A DNA stretch of 64,000 bases from positions 49,309 through 113,308 of the forward strand of contig CALXMV010000002.1 of the NCBI GenBank assembly GCA_944389565.1, read 5' to 3'. A model generated the notes under the pieces. That model made no database searches. It was not told the origin of the DNA and saw nothing but the letters and a program-made list of their open reading frames with translations. The position numbers and the translations under genes are program-made. Shown here piece by piece: positions 53,534-63,921 of this stretch (positions within the stretch are counted from its first letter, which is position 1; the number at the start of each line of letters is the position of its first letter). Source of the stretch: an uncultured Kiritimatiellota bacterium. GTDB taxonomy: Bacteria; Verrucomicrobiota; Kiritimatiellia; RFP12; DVOR01.

Positions 53534-56500
53534 ATGAAATGTCAATTCTCGCGTTTGCTCGTGAGTCTTTTTTCTATGTTGCCGTGCCTTGTCTTGGGCG
53601 CGGCCGCCGTCGGCGCTCCCTTTGACCGCACCTTCACCTTCTCCACCCTCGGCCGCGCGGCGGAGGTGGCGCTCGCCCCGATCGACGAGGGCGGCACGCT
53701 CACCGTCACGCTCGATGGCGCCCTGATTGACAAGACCATCCGCCTCGACCGCGAGGGCGAGGTGGGCGCGGATGAGCCCGTCGCCTTCATCCCCTCCGTG
53801 GTCAAGATCACCGCGCTCACCCTCGTCTTCCCCTCCACCGCCCACCCCGAGGCGCTCTTCGTCAACAACCGCCATGATCAGGAAATGAAGTGGGAGCCTG
53901 AGGGCGAGACTGAGCGGATTGTCCTGCGCGACGCCGCCGGCGGCACCACCGAGGCCTATGCCGTCACCTATGCCCACAAAATCGGCACGGCTGTCGGCGC
54001 CGGGGGCGAGGTGCCCTACCGGATCACCTTCTCGCGCTTCCTCACCGACGGCAACCAGACCAACAACGGCAACATCTACCTGGCCGATTCGGCCGGCCGC
54101 GTCCCGCACGTCCGCGCCGTCGGCACGGCCACGGTGACCCGCCACGTCATCACCCTCTCCGATGGCGAGGCGCACAGCCTCGACGCCGAGCTCGGCACGG
54201 CCTTCACGGACAGCGTGGACAACATCGTCGTGGCCGAGTTCACCGGCGCGGGCGGCACGCTGCGGATGGACCGCGCGCTCGCGAAGGCGCCCTTCGTGGC
54301 GGCCACCGCGGTGACGGGCGAGGCCGCGCAGATTCGCTTCACCGCCCCCGCCGCGGGCCAGACCGCCCCCGTCTTCACCGGCGCCTGCACCTTCCGCGAC
54401 CACGGGCGCGACGTCCGGGGGCGCATCGTCGTCAGCGGCGAGACCGGCTCCCTCTCCGAGGGCGGCGGCAAATGGGATCCCGCCGACTTCCTCCTCCTCT
54501 GCGACGCCACCCTTGCCTCTCCTCTACCCCCCCCCGTACAGGACGGTGAGAGCCTCTGGTTCCACGACCACGTCATCGCCATCCCTGCCGGGCGCACCCT
54601 CACCCTCGCCTACCCCACCGACCAGGCCGCGCAGGTCACCGACGAGGAGCAGCTCCCCAACGTCTCCTTCGCCGACGCCACCGCCGCCCTCGAACTCGCC
54701 TCCGACCTCTCCGGCAAGGGCCTCCCCCCCAAATACCAATTCGCCCTCAGCACCCAGTCCGGCACCCTCATCCTCAACCGCGACTTCGAGACGGACGACG
54801 CCTTCGGCTTTTACGCCCTCTCCGCCTCGGCGCTGGAGACCACGCTCATCCTCCGCGGCGACCACACCTTCGCCTTCGGCGGGATGCTCGCGTTCAACAA
54901 CTACGCCTCGGCCACGGTCGTCGTGGAGGACGGCCAAACCACGATCGACGGCGCGCTCCACCTCTCCAACACCGCCAGCGCCGTGCGCGTCGAGGGCGGC
55001 TCCCTGACGGTGAACACCGTCGCCGGATTCCCCACCGGCTCCACCACGCGCCTCGACGTGGCCCAAGGGGCGGCCCTCACGCTCACGGACGGCCTCGCCA
55101 CGGGCTCGGACGCCTCCGTCGGCGCCTTCAACCTCGCCGTCGCCGGCACGCTCACCCTCGGCGGCGACCTGCACATGACCCCCGCCCGCCGCCGCACCCT
55201 CACCCTCGCCGGCGGCACCATCTCCGCCACCCGGGCCGCCGCCGTCAATTGCGGCGTCAATCTCGGCGGCACCGAGACGGAGAACTTCCTGGTCGTCTCC
55301 GGCGGCGGCACCCTCACCGGCCCGGTCACCGTGGACGGCGTCTCCGGCGCCGGCGCCCTCGCCATCGAAACGCAGGCCGCCGTCACCCAATTGCGCGACT
55401 ACGACGGCACCGTCTCCGGCGCCGGCACGATCGGGGCCATCGAGGGCTCCCTCGGCACCGTCGTCCTCGGCAAGCCCTGGCTCAGCGCCACGGGCAAGAC
55501 CCTCGCCGACGTCGCCGCCATCACCCCGAAATACCTCGGCGCCATCGGCTTCTCCGCCGGCGCCTCGCCCTCCGCCCAGAAGGCCATCGACTTCTCGGTG
55601 GTCGATGCCCTCTCCACCCTCCAGGCCGCCTTCGTCCCCGCGGACAACCAGGCCATCACCATGCGCCTGGACCAATACGCCGACGCGGACATCCGCTGGC
55701 CCGCCGCCGTCAGCGGCGTGACCCTCACCCTCATCGAGTCCGGCGCCTACGGCGGCTCCGTCACCCTCCCCCACTGGCCCGAGCGGGGCGTCGATTTCCG
55801 CTTCGCCTCCTACGACCCCGACGGCGCGCGCGACGAATCCACCGGCCAGCCCCTCCACTCCCTCCGCGGCGAGGGCGAATTCTCCCACACCCATTCCGAG
55901 GACGGCGTCAGCGACATCCTCACCTGGGAGGACCCCGTCTTCACCGGCGCCGGCGCGTGGTTCGACGTCGAGTTCAACGGCGATTCCTACAACACCGGTT
56001 GGTTCACCCTGCTCGACAACAACGGCAACCCAAGCGCACAGGCCAACGGCATGCTCCGTGGCGATGCCGCCGACGCTGGGCAGCAGATCGTCATGACGGA
56101 CACCTCGTTCTTCGCCCCCGTCTCGCACCCGGCGAACGCGAAAGGCGGGATACCTCTGCGTTATCGCCCGTACGTCTCGCCCTACTCGCTCGATTATCCT
56201 GAGGAATGGAGCGTCGCCGTACGCCTCTCCGCGCCGAACAAGAAGAAAATGTGCATCCTCGCCCTAGGCGGAAACGGCGCATACACCGGCAGCGGTGCCT
56301 CCGACAAAACCTACTCACTCGTCTTCGCCACCGGCGACAACCCGAACGAAATCGTCCTCTGGAAGTTCGATGGCATGGGCAACGATACGGCCATCCCCGA
56401 GGAGCCACTCTTCAGGGTCACACTCGCCGACTCGCAAACCGCCCTCCACGTCTTCTCCGTGGTCTGCGACGGCGAGGCCCTCACCCTCTACATGGACGGC

Positions 56501-59500
56501 GCCTACCTCAGCCAGATCGACCTGCCCCCCAGCACGAAACTGGCCCCCGGCCTGCAGGTGGGGCAGCAACTCGGCGGCAACTACATCCCCGCCGACGCCA
56601 AGGCGTTGGCGCAGGACGTCACCGCCAACGACGGCGGCCTCATCGACTACATCCGCTTCTACAAGGGCGCCCTCACCGACGCGGCCATGCAGGAGATCGC
56701 CGACCGCACCCCCTACGTCCTCGACAACGTCCGCTACGTCCGCCACGTCCCCGCCACGGAACACACCGGCGCCGAGACGTGGATCCAGAAGGGCGCCTGG
56801 CAGAAGGAGACGTGGAACGGCTCGGCCTGGGCCCCCAAGGGCGACCCCACCGACCAGCCCGCCGAGGGCACGGCGTGCCGCCTCCTCGTCGCACCCGGCG
56901 AGTACACCATCCAGGTGAACGTCGAGCGTCAGGAAAACGCCTACTTCTACTCCCCCAACCGCAACTACGCCACCCTCGTCCTCGCCCCGCAGGAGGGGCA
57001 GACCAAGGCCGGCACCCTCCGCCTCACCCCCCTCGGCGTCACCGCCCGCGAGGCCGACGACACCCTCGACACCGCCGAGGGCGGCGAGGCCGTCACCACC
57101 TGGGAGAATCAGGTCGTCGACAGCGACTGGTACACGGCGACCGCCGAATCCACCGCCGCCAACCGTACCGGCTTCCGCTACGGCCGCCTCCGCTTCACCG
57201 GCGGCGCCGACGACCCCATCGCCGACGACCCCGCCATCCCCCACTTCTACGGCGCAGGATATATCCTCGCGGAAAGCACGCCAACCCCCACCGAAAACCA
57301 AGTCTCAATCGACTGGGGTGAAACCAAGGTCGGAAGTGGCACTACGTTCAACAAGCCTATTAAACGTACTGGGACGAAGACCTATACCATCACCTATTCC
57401 GCCACCTCACCCCTCAACGCCATCTATGACGCCGGCGCGTGTTACTTCTCGAAATACGCGCAACTCCTCCTGCAAGGCACACAAACAGGCCAATGCACCG
57501 TCACGGAAACCTGGCAGCAGGAAGGAACCAGATCTTTCGGTTACGATTGGTGGAACGATCCAACACTCCAGACCACCGAGACCTCCGGCGGCGCACTCAC
57601 CCAGCGCAACACGTTGGAGATGGTGGCGGGGCTGTCGCTGACGCGCGGGGAGGTGGACGAGGTGGCGACATGGCAGCTGACGGGCCCGGTGGTGGTGGAG
57701 GGCGGCGAGGCGTCGGCCGAGGACCATGTGCTCGGGCACGCGCCCTTGGCCGAGGAGGACCAGCAGTCGCAGGATGTGTGGGTGCCCTTCTTCTCGGGCA
57801 CGGCGTCGAGCTGGAAGTTCTACGACGTGACGCGCCGGGAGGCCACGGACAACGCCAACGGCGCCGCCGAGGGGCTCTTCGCCGAGGGCGTGCAGACCCC
57901 CGGCCGCCTCTACCTCGACCTCACCGCCGAAAACGGCAAGGCCCGCTATAAGGCGAGCCACGACTTCTCGAAGCAGGCGTGGTATCGCTACGGTTACGAA
58001 GGCGACGCGACGAGCGGGATCGCCGGCATGACGCCCATCCAGGCCTCGGATGCGGACTTCAGGCGCGCCATCGCCTTCCAGATCCGCCTGGCGGCGGCAG
58101 AGGGCGACGTGACGCTCACCCTCGACGCGAAGCCCGACAACGACGTCAAGGTCCAGACCTTCCACGTGGAGGAGGACGGGAAGGCGGAGGAGGCGCCGAC
58201 GTTGCGGCTCGTCACCGGCAAGGACGTCGCGCCGATGGTCATCCATCGCTCCGTCATCGCCGCCGCGCGCCTCGACGTCTCGAACGGGCAGACCGGCACG
58301 GCCACCGACGCGATCCACCTCGGCAACGCGCTGAACCTCCGTCCCGGCGAGGGGCTCCACACCCCCGTCCACCGCGGCACCGCGGAGACCGCGCGCGGCG
58401 CCTACATCGTCGGCCCCACGGAGATCGACTGGGACTTCGGCGCGAGCAGCTCGGTGCCGCGGCTGGAGGTCGCCACGGGGTGCGAGCTCACCTTCACCAC
58501 GGGGCAGAACTTCCGCCGCCACGGCACCACCCTCGTCGCGCAGGGCGGCGAGCCGGCGACGAACGACCTGACGCGGGGCGGCGCCTGGATCCACCACGCC
58601 AGCGAGGCGGCCTTCCTGGGGCAGGACGTCGAGCTGGGCGAGGGCGCGACCTTCGCCTTCCATGCGGAGGCCGCCTCCGAAGGCGCGGACGTCGCCGAGG
58701 AGGGCGTGGTGCTGGCCGGCGCGCTGAAGCTGAAGGGCAACGCCACGCTCCGCGGCGGACAGGGCCAGACCGCCGCGCAGACGGAGCGCGTGCCGCACTT
58801 CAACGCCGCCGGCGGCATCGTCGCCGAACAGCCCGGCCTCACCCTGACCGTCGACACCCAGGGCCAGACCCTCTGGCATTGCCACACCGTCGACCTGCGG
58901 GGCGAGCGCTTCGGCCTGCGCAAGACGGGCGCGGGCGCGGTGAACTTCTATGCCCACACCCCGCCCTCCGTCACCGGCCCCGTCTCGGTGGAACAGGGCA
59001 CGCTCTTGGTCACCAAGGGTGCCTCCACCCCCATCGGCGCCAAGGGCCTCCGTGTGGAGAAGGGCGCGACGCTGGCCGACAATGACCGCGTGGAGGGCGA
59101 CACCCACCTGCTCGCCGACGTCAAGGGCGGCGAGACCCTCTCCGGCGGCGGCACCGTCCAGGGCGGCCTCCTCCGGCTCAACAAGGACGCGACCTACATC
59201 GCGAAGGTCGACGAGGCGCTCACCGCCACCGACGGCTTCGACGTCGACTCCTCCACCCTGCCCGACGTCGTCATCGACCTGCCGGAGGGTTACGTGGGCG
59301 GTTACCCGCAGGGCGTCTTCCTCCGCGCCGGGCGCGCGGAGCGCAACGTCCGCCGCCGCCTCGCCTCGATGATGGGCGAGACGCGCTGGGACACCATCGC
59401 CCGCATCGACAAGCGGACCGGCAAGACCGCCTATTACGCCCAGGAGCCCAGGATCCCGGAGCCCGGCGAGGGCGACTTCGACGGCGACGTGGCGGACAAC

Positions 59501-60115
59501 TCCTACGCCGGGCACCCCGTCGTCGTCGGTGGCCTCACCGTCCTCTACCAGCAGGGCGGCGTGGCCTACGTGGGCACCTCCCGCGGCCGCACCAAAGCCG
59601 GCACCCACCGGCTGAACGCCGACGAGATCGGCCACGCGATCACCTGCTTCTCGGGCGTCTGGGCGTTCGCCGCCGACACCGGCGCCTCCGAGACGGAGGA
59701 GTACGTGGACGGCTCGAACCTCCTGCTGGCCTATGAGTTCGGCATCACGGCCATGCACCGCGTGACGATCGGGGAGAGCGACTACCTCGTGGCCGAAGTC
59801 ACGATCCTCAACGCCCTGCGCGAGACCTTCCCCGAGGCCTTCCCCGCGGACGCGGCCGTGGACGAGGCCCTCTTCCGCGAGACCGCCCGCGTCACCCTCG
59901 TCGATGGGGCGACCGACGAGCCCGTCGCGGGTGCGGCGGAGGTCACGGGCCTCGACGGCGCGACCCTCCTCCGCCCGGACGACGGCACACAGGCCCTCGC
60001 CGCCTCCGGCGCCACCCCCACGCGTTACGTCCGGATCCCGTGGTCGGACGATCTCCTCGGCGCCTCCCTGCGGGCACAGGTCTCGCTGAAGGTGACCGTG
60101 ACCGAGGCGCCCTGA
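53534..60115 (+). CDS. Giant secreted protein (2,194 aa) with a LamG/concanavalin-like jelly-roll segment and autotransporter-associated beta-strand repeats
   Basis: GGAG RBS and signal peptide MKCQFSRLLVSLFSMLPCLVLGAAAVGA. LamG-like region ~nt 56200-56700. PATR-like …TGAGAVNFYAHTPPSVTGPVSVEQGTLLV… No PEP-CTERM. Confidence 0.7.
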   Translation: MKCQFSRLLVSLFSMLPCLVLGAAAVGAPFDRTFTFSTLGRAAEVALAPIDEGGTLTVTLDGALIDKTIRLDREGEVGADEPVAFIPSVVKITALTLVFPSTAHPEALFVNNRHDQEMKWEPEGETERIVLRDAAGGTTEAYAVTYAHKIGTAVGAGGEVPYRITFSRFLTDGNQTNNGNIYLADSAGRVPHVRAVGTATVTRHVITLSDGEAHSLDAELGTAFTDSVDNIVVAEFTGAGGTLRMDRALAKAPFVAATAVTGEAAQIRFTAPAAGQTAPVFTGACTFRDHGRDVRGRIVVSGETGSLSEGGGKWDPADFLLLCDATLASPLPPPVQDGESLWFHDHVIAIPAGRTLTLAYPTDQAAQVTDEEQLPNVSFADATAALELASDLSGKGLPPKYQFALSTQSGTLILNRDFETDDAFGFYALSASALETTLILRGDHTFAFGGMLAFNNYASATVVVEDGQTTIDGALHLSNTASAVRVEGGSLTVNTVAGFPTGSTTRLDVAQGAALTLTDGLATGSDASVGAFNLAVAGTLTLGGDLHMTPARRRTLTLAGGTISATRAAAVNCGVNLGGTETENFLVVSGGGTLTGPVTVDGVSGAGALAIETQAAVTQLRDYDGTVSGAGTIGAIEGSLGTVVLGKPWLSATGKTLADVAAITPKYLGAIGFSAGASPSAQKAIDFSVVDALSTLQAAFVPADNQAITMRLDQYADADIRWPAAVSGVTLTLIESGAYGGSVTLPHWPERGVDFRFASYDPDGARDESTGQPLHSLRGEGEFSHTHSEDGVSDILTWEDPVFTGAGAWFDVEFNGDSYNTGWFTLLDNNGNPSAQANGMLRGDAADAGQQIVMTDTSFFAPVSHPANAKGGIPLRYRPYVSPYSLDYPEEWSVAVRLSAPNKKKMCILALGGNGAYTGSGASDKTYSLVFATGDNPNEIVLWKFDGMGNDTAIPEEPLFRVTLADSQTALHVFSVVCDGEALTLYMDGAYLSQIDLPPSTKLAPGLQVGQQLGGNYIPADAKALAQDVTANDGGLIDYIRFYKGALTDAAMQEIADRTPYVLDNVRYVRHVPATEHTGAETWIQKGAWQKETWNGSAWAPKGDPTDQPAEGTACRLLVAPGEYTIQVNVERQENAYFYSPNRNYATLVLAPQEGQTKAGTLRLTPLGVTAREADDTLDTAEGGEAVTTWENQVVDSDWYTATAESTAANRTGFRYGRLRFTGGADDPIADDPAIPHFYGAGYILAESTPTPTENQVSIDWGETKVGSGTTFNKPIKRTGTKTYTITYSATSPLNAIYDAGACYFSKYAQLLLQGTQTGQCTVTETWQQEGTRSFGYDWWNDPTLQTTETSGGALTQRNTLEMVAGLSLTRGEVDEVATWQLTGPVVVEGGEASAEDHVLGHAPLAEEDQQSQDVWVPFFSGTASSWKFYDVTRREATDNANGAAEGLFAEGVQTPGRLYLDLTAENGKARYKASHDFSKQAWYRYGYEGDATSGIAGMTPIQASDADFRRAIAFQIRLAAAEGDVTLTLDAKPDNDVKVQTFHVEEDGKAEEAPTLRLVTGKDVAPMVIHRSVIAAARLDVSNGQTGTATDAIHLGNALNLRPGEGLHTPVHRGTAETARGAYIVGPTEIDWDFGASSSVPRLEVATGCELTFTTGQNFRRHGTTLVAQGGEPATNDLTRGGAWIHHASEAAFLGQDVELGEGATFAFHAEAASEGADVAEEGVVLAGALKLKGNATLRGGQGQTAAQTERVPHFNAAGGIVAEQPGLTLTVDTQGQTLWHCHTVDLRGERFGLRKTGAGAVNFYAHTPPSVTGPVSVEQGTLLVTKGASTPIGAKGLRVEKGATLADNDRVEGDTHLLADVKGGETLSGGGTVQGGLLRLNKDATYIAKVDEALTATDGFDVDSSTLPDVVIDLPEGYVGGYPQGVFLRAGRAERNVRRRLASMMGETRWDTIARIDKRTGKTAYYAQEPRIPEPGEGDFDGDVADNSYAGHPVVVGGLTVLYQQGGVAYVGTSRGRTKAGTHRLNADEIGHAITCFSGVWAFAADTGASETEEYVDGSNLLLAYEFGITAMHRVTIGESDYLVAEVTILNALRETFPEAFPADAAVDEALFRETARVTLVDGATDEPVAGAAEVTGLDGATLLRPDDGTQALAASGATPTRYVRIPWSDDLLGASLRAQVSLKVTVTEAP

Positions 60116-60127
60116 CCCCGCACGGCA

Positions 60128-60166
60128 CAAAAAAAGGAGGCCCCCGGACGGGGGCCTCCTTTTTTC
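60128..60166. terminator. Bidirectional rho-independent terminator (AGGAGGCCCCC-ggac-GGGGGCCTCCT flanked by A- and T-runs)
   Basis: Seen in sequence. Confidence 0.7.
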
Positions 60167-60172
60167 ATGGTC

Positions 60173-62776
60173 TCAGAGCGTCTCGTGCCAGCCGGGGAAG
60201 GGGGGCAACGTCTCCGTGGCGGGATCCGCGCGGCGGCGGCCCTCGCGGACGGCCTGGCGGTTCTCGGCCTCCAGGCGGTCGCGGCCGGCGGTCTTTCCGA
60301 TGCGCCAGGCGTCGAGCGCACACGGCCGCCACGGGGCCACGGAGAGCGCGGGCGCGCCAGGCACGGCGGCGAGGCCGCGCCAGTCGACGTCGGGGTTCGC
60401 GCGGAGACGTTCGAGGCCCTTGCGGATGAGCGCGACGGCGGCGGGGCGTTTCGCCTCGGGGAGCCGCCGCAGGCCGGGGCTCCGTTCGGGGTTGTCGAAA
60501 TAGATGGGGGCGGGGTCGCGCACGCCATGCCAGAGGCCCCAGCCGATGCCGAGCGCCTGATGTTCCTGCCAGGAGAGCGGGGAGCGCCCGCCTGGGTTTT
60601 GCCCGTAGTTGGTGCAATAGTCGCCGTAGTAAGGGGCGTTGAGGTCGACCCACTCCTGGATGCGGCGGCGCTCGGCGGCGGTGAGCAGGTCGGCGTGGCC
60701 GGGGTCGTCGGTGAGTTTGCGGATGAGCGGGCTCGCGTGGGAGCCCCAACTCTTGGCGGGGGCGAAGGCCGAGCCTCCCGCGCCGATGGCGCCAAGGAAG
60801 TTGCCGTGCGGCACGCCCGCGCGGCCACGGTCGCGCCAGAGGTCGACGTAGGCGGCGTTGAAGACGGTGTTCTTGTCGGGCACGAGGGTGAGGTCGGCGG
60901 CGGGGGCGTCGTAACCGTGACAGGAGACGCACCGCGCGGTGAAGATGGGCTGGACGTCGGTGACGAAGTTGAAGGTCTCGCGCGGGGCGTCGGCGCACAG
61001 CGCATCCTCGCGGGTGCCAAAATCCAGGATCCGCCTGAGCGGGGTGGCGGGCGCGCCCTGCGCCAGGGCCATCGGGCGGCCCCCGCCGGCGGGCGGCGCG
61101 CTCTGGCGGCTCTCGTGGCACCCCACGCACCCCACGCGTTCCCCGCTCTGAACCTGCGTGCCGGTGCGCATGGATTGGAGCATCCGCCCCTCCGCGTCGA
61201 GCACCTGGAAGTAGACGAAGCGGTCTTGCGGCACGGTGAACCACGCGGAGCCGTCGGGATGGATCGGCACCTCGCCGAGGACGCGCTTGACCTCGAAGGA
61301 GTGCCAGTTGGCGGCGGGGTTTTGCTGCCCCTCCCCACCCCATTGCTGACGGCGGCAGGTGAACCGTTTGGGGACCGACTCGACGACGCGGAGCGTCTTG
61401 GCCTCGCCTCGGCGGACGCCCCGCATATGGGTGCCGGCGTAAACGTCGCGCACTAGGATGGAGCCCGGGGCGTCGGCGTAGTCGCGCGTCTCGGCGAGGG
61501 TCGGCTCCAAGGGGCGGGGGGCAAGCGGGGTGGGATCGTAAATCCCCCAATCGCCCGCCTCCTCCACGAGCAACGTCTCGTTCCCGAAGACGTCGACCAG
61601 GTAAAGGCCGGTCTTCTCGCCCTTGCCGGGAATCTGCCGGCTGACCAGGAGGTACTTCTCGGAGAGCGGGCGGGGGTCCTCGTATTTGATCTTCAGGGAC
61701 TTGTAGGCATCGATGCGGTTCGGTGCGCCGGGGTCGGCGATGCGGGCGCGGGCCTCCGCCGGCCAAGTGCGGAGCACGGGGGCGCGCCCGTCCACGCCGC
61801 GCGTGCGGTCGATGAGCGCGAGCGCGCCCCAGGGGCGGTCGTGCGTGGAGGAGAGGATGGCGGCGACGAGGCGACTCCCAGGGACGGCCCGCCCATCGAT
61901 GGCCGCGCCGATGGGGGAATTGTTGCCGTAATAGGTCACCGCCCGCGTGCCGTCCGGAGCGACCGTCCAGAGGCCCTGCGCGGACCCGAAGTCGCGGTCG
62001 TTGTATTCCCAGCGGTCATAGAGGATGAGGCCGTCGGGCAGGAGGTCGGTGGGGCGCTCGAAGAGGGTGCTGTTGGCGATCTTAACGATGTTCGAGCCAT
62101 CGGCCTCCATGCGGTAGAGATTGGCGGCGATGTGGCGGTTGCACATCACGTATTTCGGGTCGCGCGTGGAGGAGAAGACGATGCGGCCGTCGGGGAGGTA
62201 GAGCGGGTCCATGTCGTCCGCGCCGGGGAAACGGGTGAGACGCCGGGGTTCGCCGCCGGACACGGGGCGTTCATAGATCGAGCTGTTGCCGGCGGCGTCC
62301 GGCCGGAACGCGTAGAGCAGGCGCGTGGCGTCGTGCGAGCATTCCAGGTCGCGGAAAAGGCCCTCCGCGCTCTCCTCCACCGTGCGGACCGCGTCCGTCC
62401 GGGGGTCCCACACGCGGATGGCGCCTCCGGGGCGGTAGGCGCCGTCGTTGACCTCGCCCGGGGCGGAGGGGAACATCGTGTGCGTGTTGTGGTGGTCCTG
62501 CGCGTACTGCCGGCGGGCGACGAACGCAATCGGGGCGCGCCGCACCAAGGGGTTCGCGCGCGCGGCCTCCCGCCGCAACGCCCCCAGCACGGCCTCGTCC
62601 GCCTCCGCGCCCAAGGCCTCCGCCCGCGCCAGAAGCCCCGCGCCCTCGGGGAACCCCTCCGCGCCGAAGGTCTCCGTGAGATCCCGCAGCATCGCCCGCA
62701 ACGACGCGGCGTCGCCCTCGCCCCGCGCCACCGCGCACAGCGTCATCGCAAGCAAAACCATCATCGTCCGCCGCAC
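60173..62776 (-). CDS. PD40/TolB-like beta-propeller protein with c-type cytochrome (CxxCH) segments
   Basis: Start inferred at GTG 62776 or ATG 62764 (…RRTMMVLLAMTLCAVARG, a signal peptide). Motifs CVGCHES and CVSCHGY. WD/PD40-like repeats. The upstream ORF extension overlaps the CorC gene and is rejected. Confidence 0.65.
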   Translation of the reverse strand: MRRTMMVLLAMTLCAVARGEGDAASLRAMLRDLTETFGAEGFPEGAGLLARAEALGAEADEAVLGALRREAARANPLVRRAPIAFVARRQYAQDHHNTHTMFPSAPGEVNDGAYRPGGAIRVWDPRTDAVRTVEESAEGLFRDLECSHDATRLLYAFRPDAAGNSSIYERPVSGGEPRRLTRFPGADDMDPLYLPDGRIVFSSTRDPKYVMCNRHIAANLYRMEADGSNIVKIANSTLFERPTDLLPDGLILYDRWEYNDRDFGSAQGLWTVAPDGTRAVTYYGNNSPIGAAIDGRAVPGSRLVAAILSSTHDRPWGALALIDRTRGVDGRAPVLRTWPAEARARIADPGAPNRIDAYKSLKIKYEDPRPLSEKYLLVSRQIPGKGEKTGLYLVDVFGNETLLVEEAGDWGIYDPTPLAPRPLEPTLAETRDYADAPGSILVRDVYAGTHMRGVRRGEAKTLRVVESVPKRFTCRRQQWGGEGQQNPAANWHSFEVKRVLGEVPIHPDGSAWFTVPQDRFVYFQVLDAEGRMLQSMRTGTQVQSGERVGCVGCHESRQSAPPAGGGRPMALAQGAPATPLRRILDFGTREDALCADAPRETFNFVTDVQPIFTARCVSCHGYDAPAADLTLVPDKNTVFNAAYVDLWRDRGRAGVPHGNFLGAIGAGGSAFAPAKSWGSHASPLIRKLTDDPGHADLLTAAERRRIQEWVDLNAPYYGDYCTNYGQNPGGRSPLSWQEHQALGIGWGLWHGVRDPAPIYFDNPERSPGLRRLPEAKRPAAVALIRKGLERLRANPDVDWRGLAAVPGAPALSVAPWRPCALDAWRIGKTAGRDRLEAENRQAVREGRRRADPATETLPPFPGWHETL

Positions 62777-62895
62777 CGCGCACCTCCTTCGCCCCCGTAC
62801 CGCGGGGGATGAGGCGATTGTAACACACCCCACGCCCACCCCACGGCGGGAAGCGCCCGCCGCAGGCGTCTTGCCTACGGCATCACGCACCCGGC

Positions 62896-63921
62896 TCAGC
62901 GCGTGGGCTTGCGTTCGGTGGAGGCGCGCAGGACGGGGTCGTCGAGGACGGCGTTGAGGATGTCCTCCTGGGTGACGATGCCCACAGGGGCGTCGTGGTC
63001 GAGGACGACGAGGAGTTTGGTGTTGCGCACGCGCATATAGGGGAGCAACTCGTCCGCGGGGAGGTCGCCGACGACGAAAACGGGGGCGCGGCGCAGATCG
63101 AAGGGGATGGGGTCCTTGGAGCGGGAACGCAAGAGGTCGAAGAGATGGACGACACCCAGGCAGTGAAGGCCATCCTCGGAGAAGAGCGGCAGGATCCGGT
63201 GACGGGTCTGCCGGAAGACGCGCAGGACGGTCGCGAGGTTGTCGCTCTCGTAGACGCGATCGACCTTGTCGATCGGCGTCATGATCTGGGTGGCGCGGCG
63301 GAGCTGGAGGTCGAGCACGCGCCCGACCATCATGCGCTCGAAGGCGGAGATCTGCCCATGCGCCTCGGAATCGCGCATCAGGAAGGCCAGAGACTCGCGG
63401 GAGACGAAGGGCGAACGCTTGGCGTCGTCGCGCCGGGCGGCGACCATGCGCGTGAGGAAAATGCAGAGCGAGGCCAGCGGATAGAGCAGCGTGCGAAGCG
63501 TCAGGAAGACGGGGACGAGCGGGCGGCAACGCTCGATGGGGCGCGCGGTGAACCAGAGTTTCGGCAGGTATTCGCCGATGACGAGCAGGAGCACGGCGAT
63601 GACCAGCGTGGCGAGCGTCTGCGCCGCGGGGCCGTGGAAGCCCAAGGCGTTGGCGGCGGCGACGGCCAGCGCGGCGGCAAGGGTGGAGAGGGTGACGTTG
63701 CAGATGTTGTTGCCGACGAGGGTGGTGGCGAGCATCCGATGGGAGTCGCGCAAGATCGCGGCCATGGCGCGGACGCGCCGGTCGCCCAGGCGGATGAGGC
63801 GGACGAGGCGGTGACGGTTGACGCTCACCATGCCGCTCTCGAAGCCGGAGAAGAACCAGCTCCCGCAGAAAAAGAGCACGATGAGCGCGAGTTGGAGGGG
63901 CAGATGCGGGAAACCGCTCAT
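62896..63921 (-). CDS. HlyC/CorC-family transporter (DUF21/CNNM membrane domain plus CBS pair)
   Basis: N-terminal four-TM DUF21-like region, then CBS-like repeats. Confidence 0.8.
   Translation of the reverse strand: MSGFPHLPLQLALIVLFFCGSWFFSGFESGMVSVNRHRLVRLIRLGDRRVRAMAAILRDSHRMLATTLVGNNICNVTLSTLAAALAVAAANALGFHGPAAQTLATLVIAVLLLVIGEYLPKLWFTARPIERCRPLVPVFLTLRTLLYPLASLCIFLTRMVAARRDDAKRSPFVSRESLAFLMRDSEAHGQISAFERMMVGRVLDLQLRRATQIMTPIDKVDRVYESDNLATVLRVFRQTRHRILPLFSEDGLHCLGVVHLFDLLRSRSKDPIPFDLRRAPVFVVGDLPADELLPYMRVRNTKLLVVLDHDAPVGIVTQEDILNAVLDDPVLRASTERKPTR

Noticed and set aside
60173-63529. The full 1,118-aa minus-strand ORF as one gene
   Set aside because: Its first ~250 codons overlap the CorC gene in another frame and are Arg/Pro junk. 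The signal peptide RRTMMVLLAMTLCAVARG around 62764-62776 marks the plausible true start.
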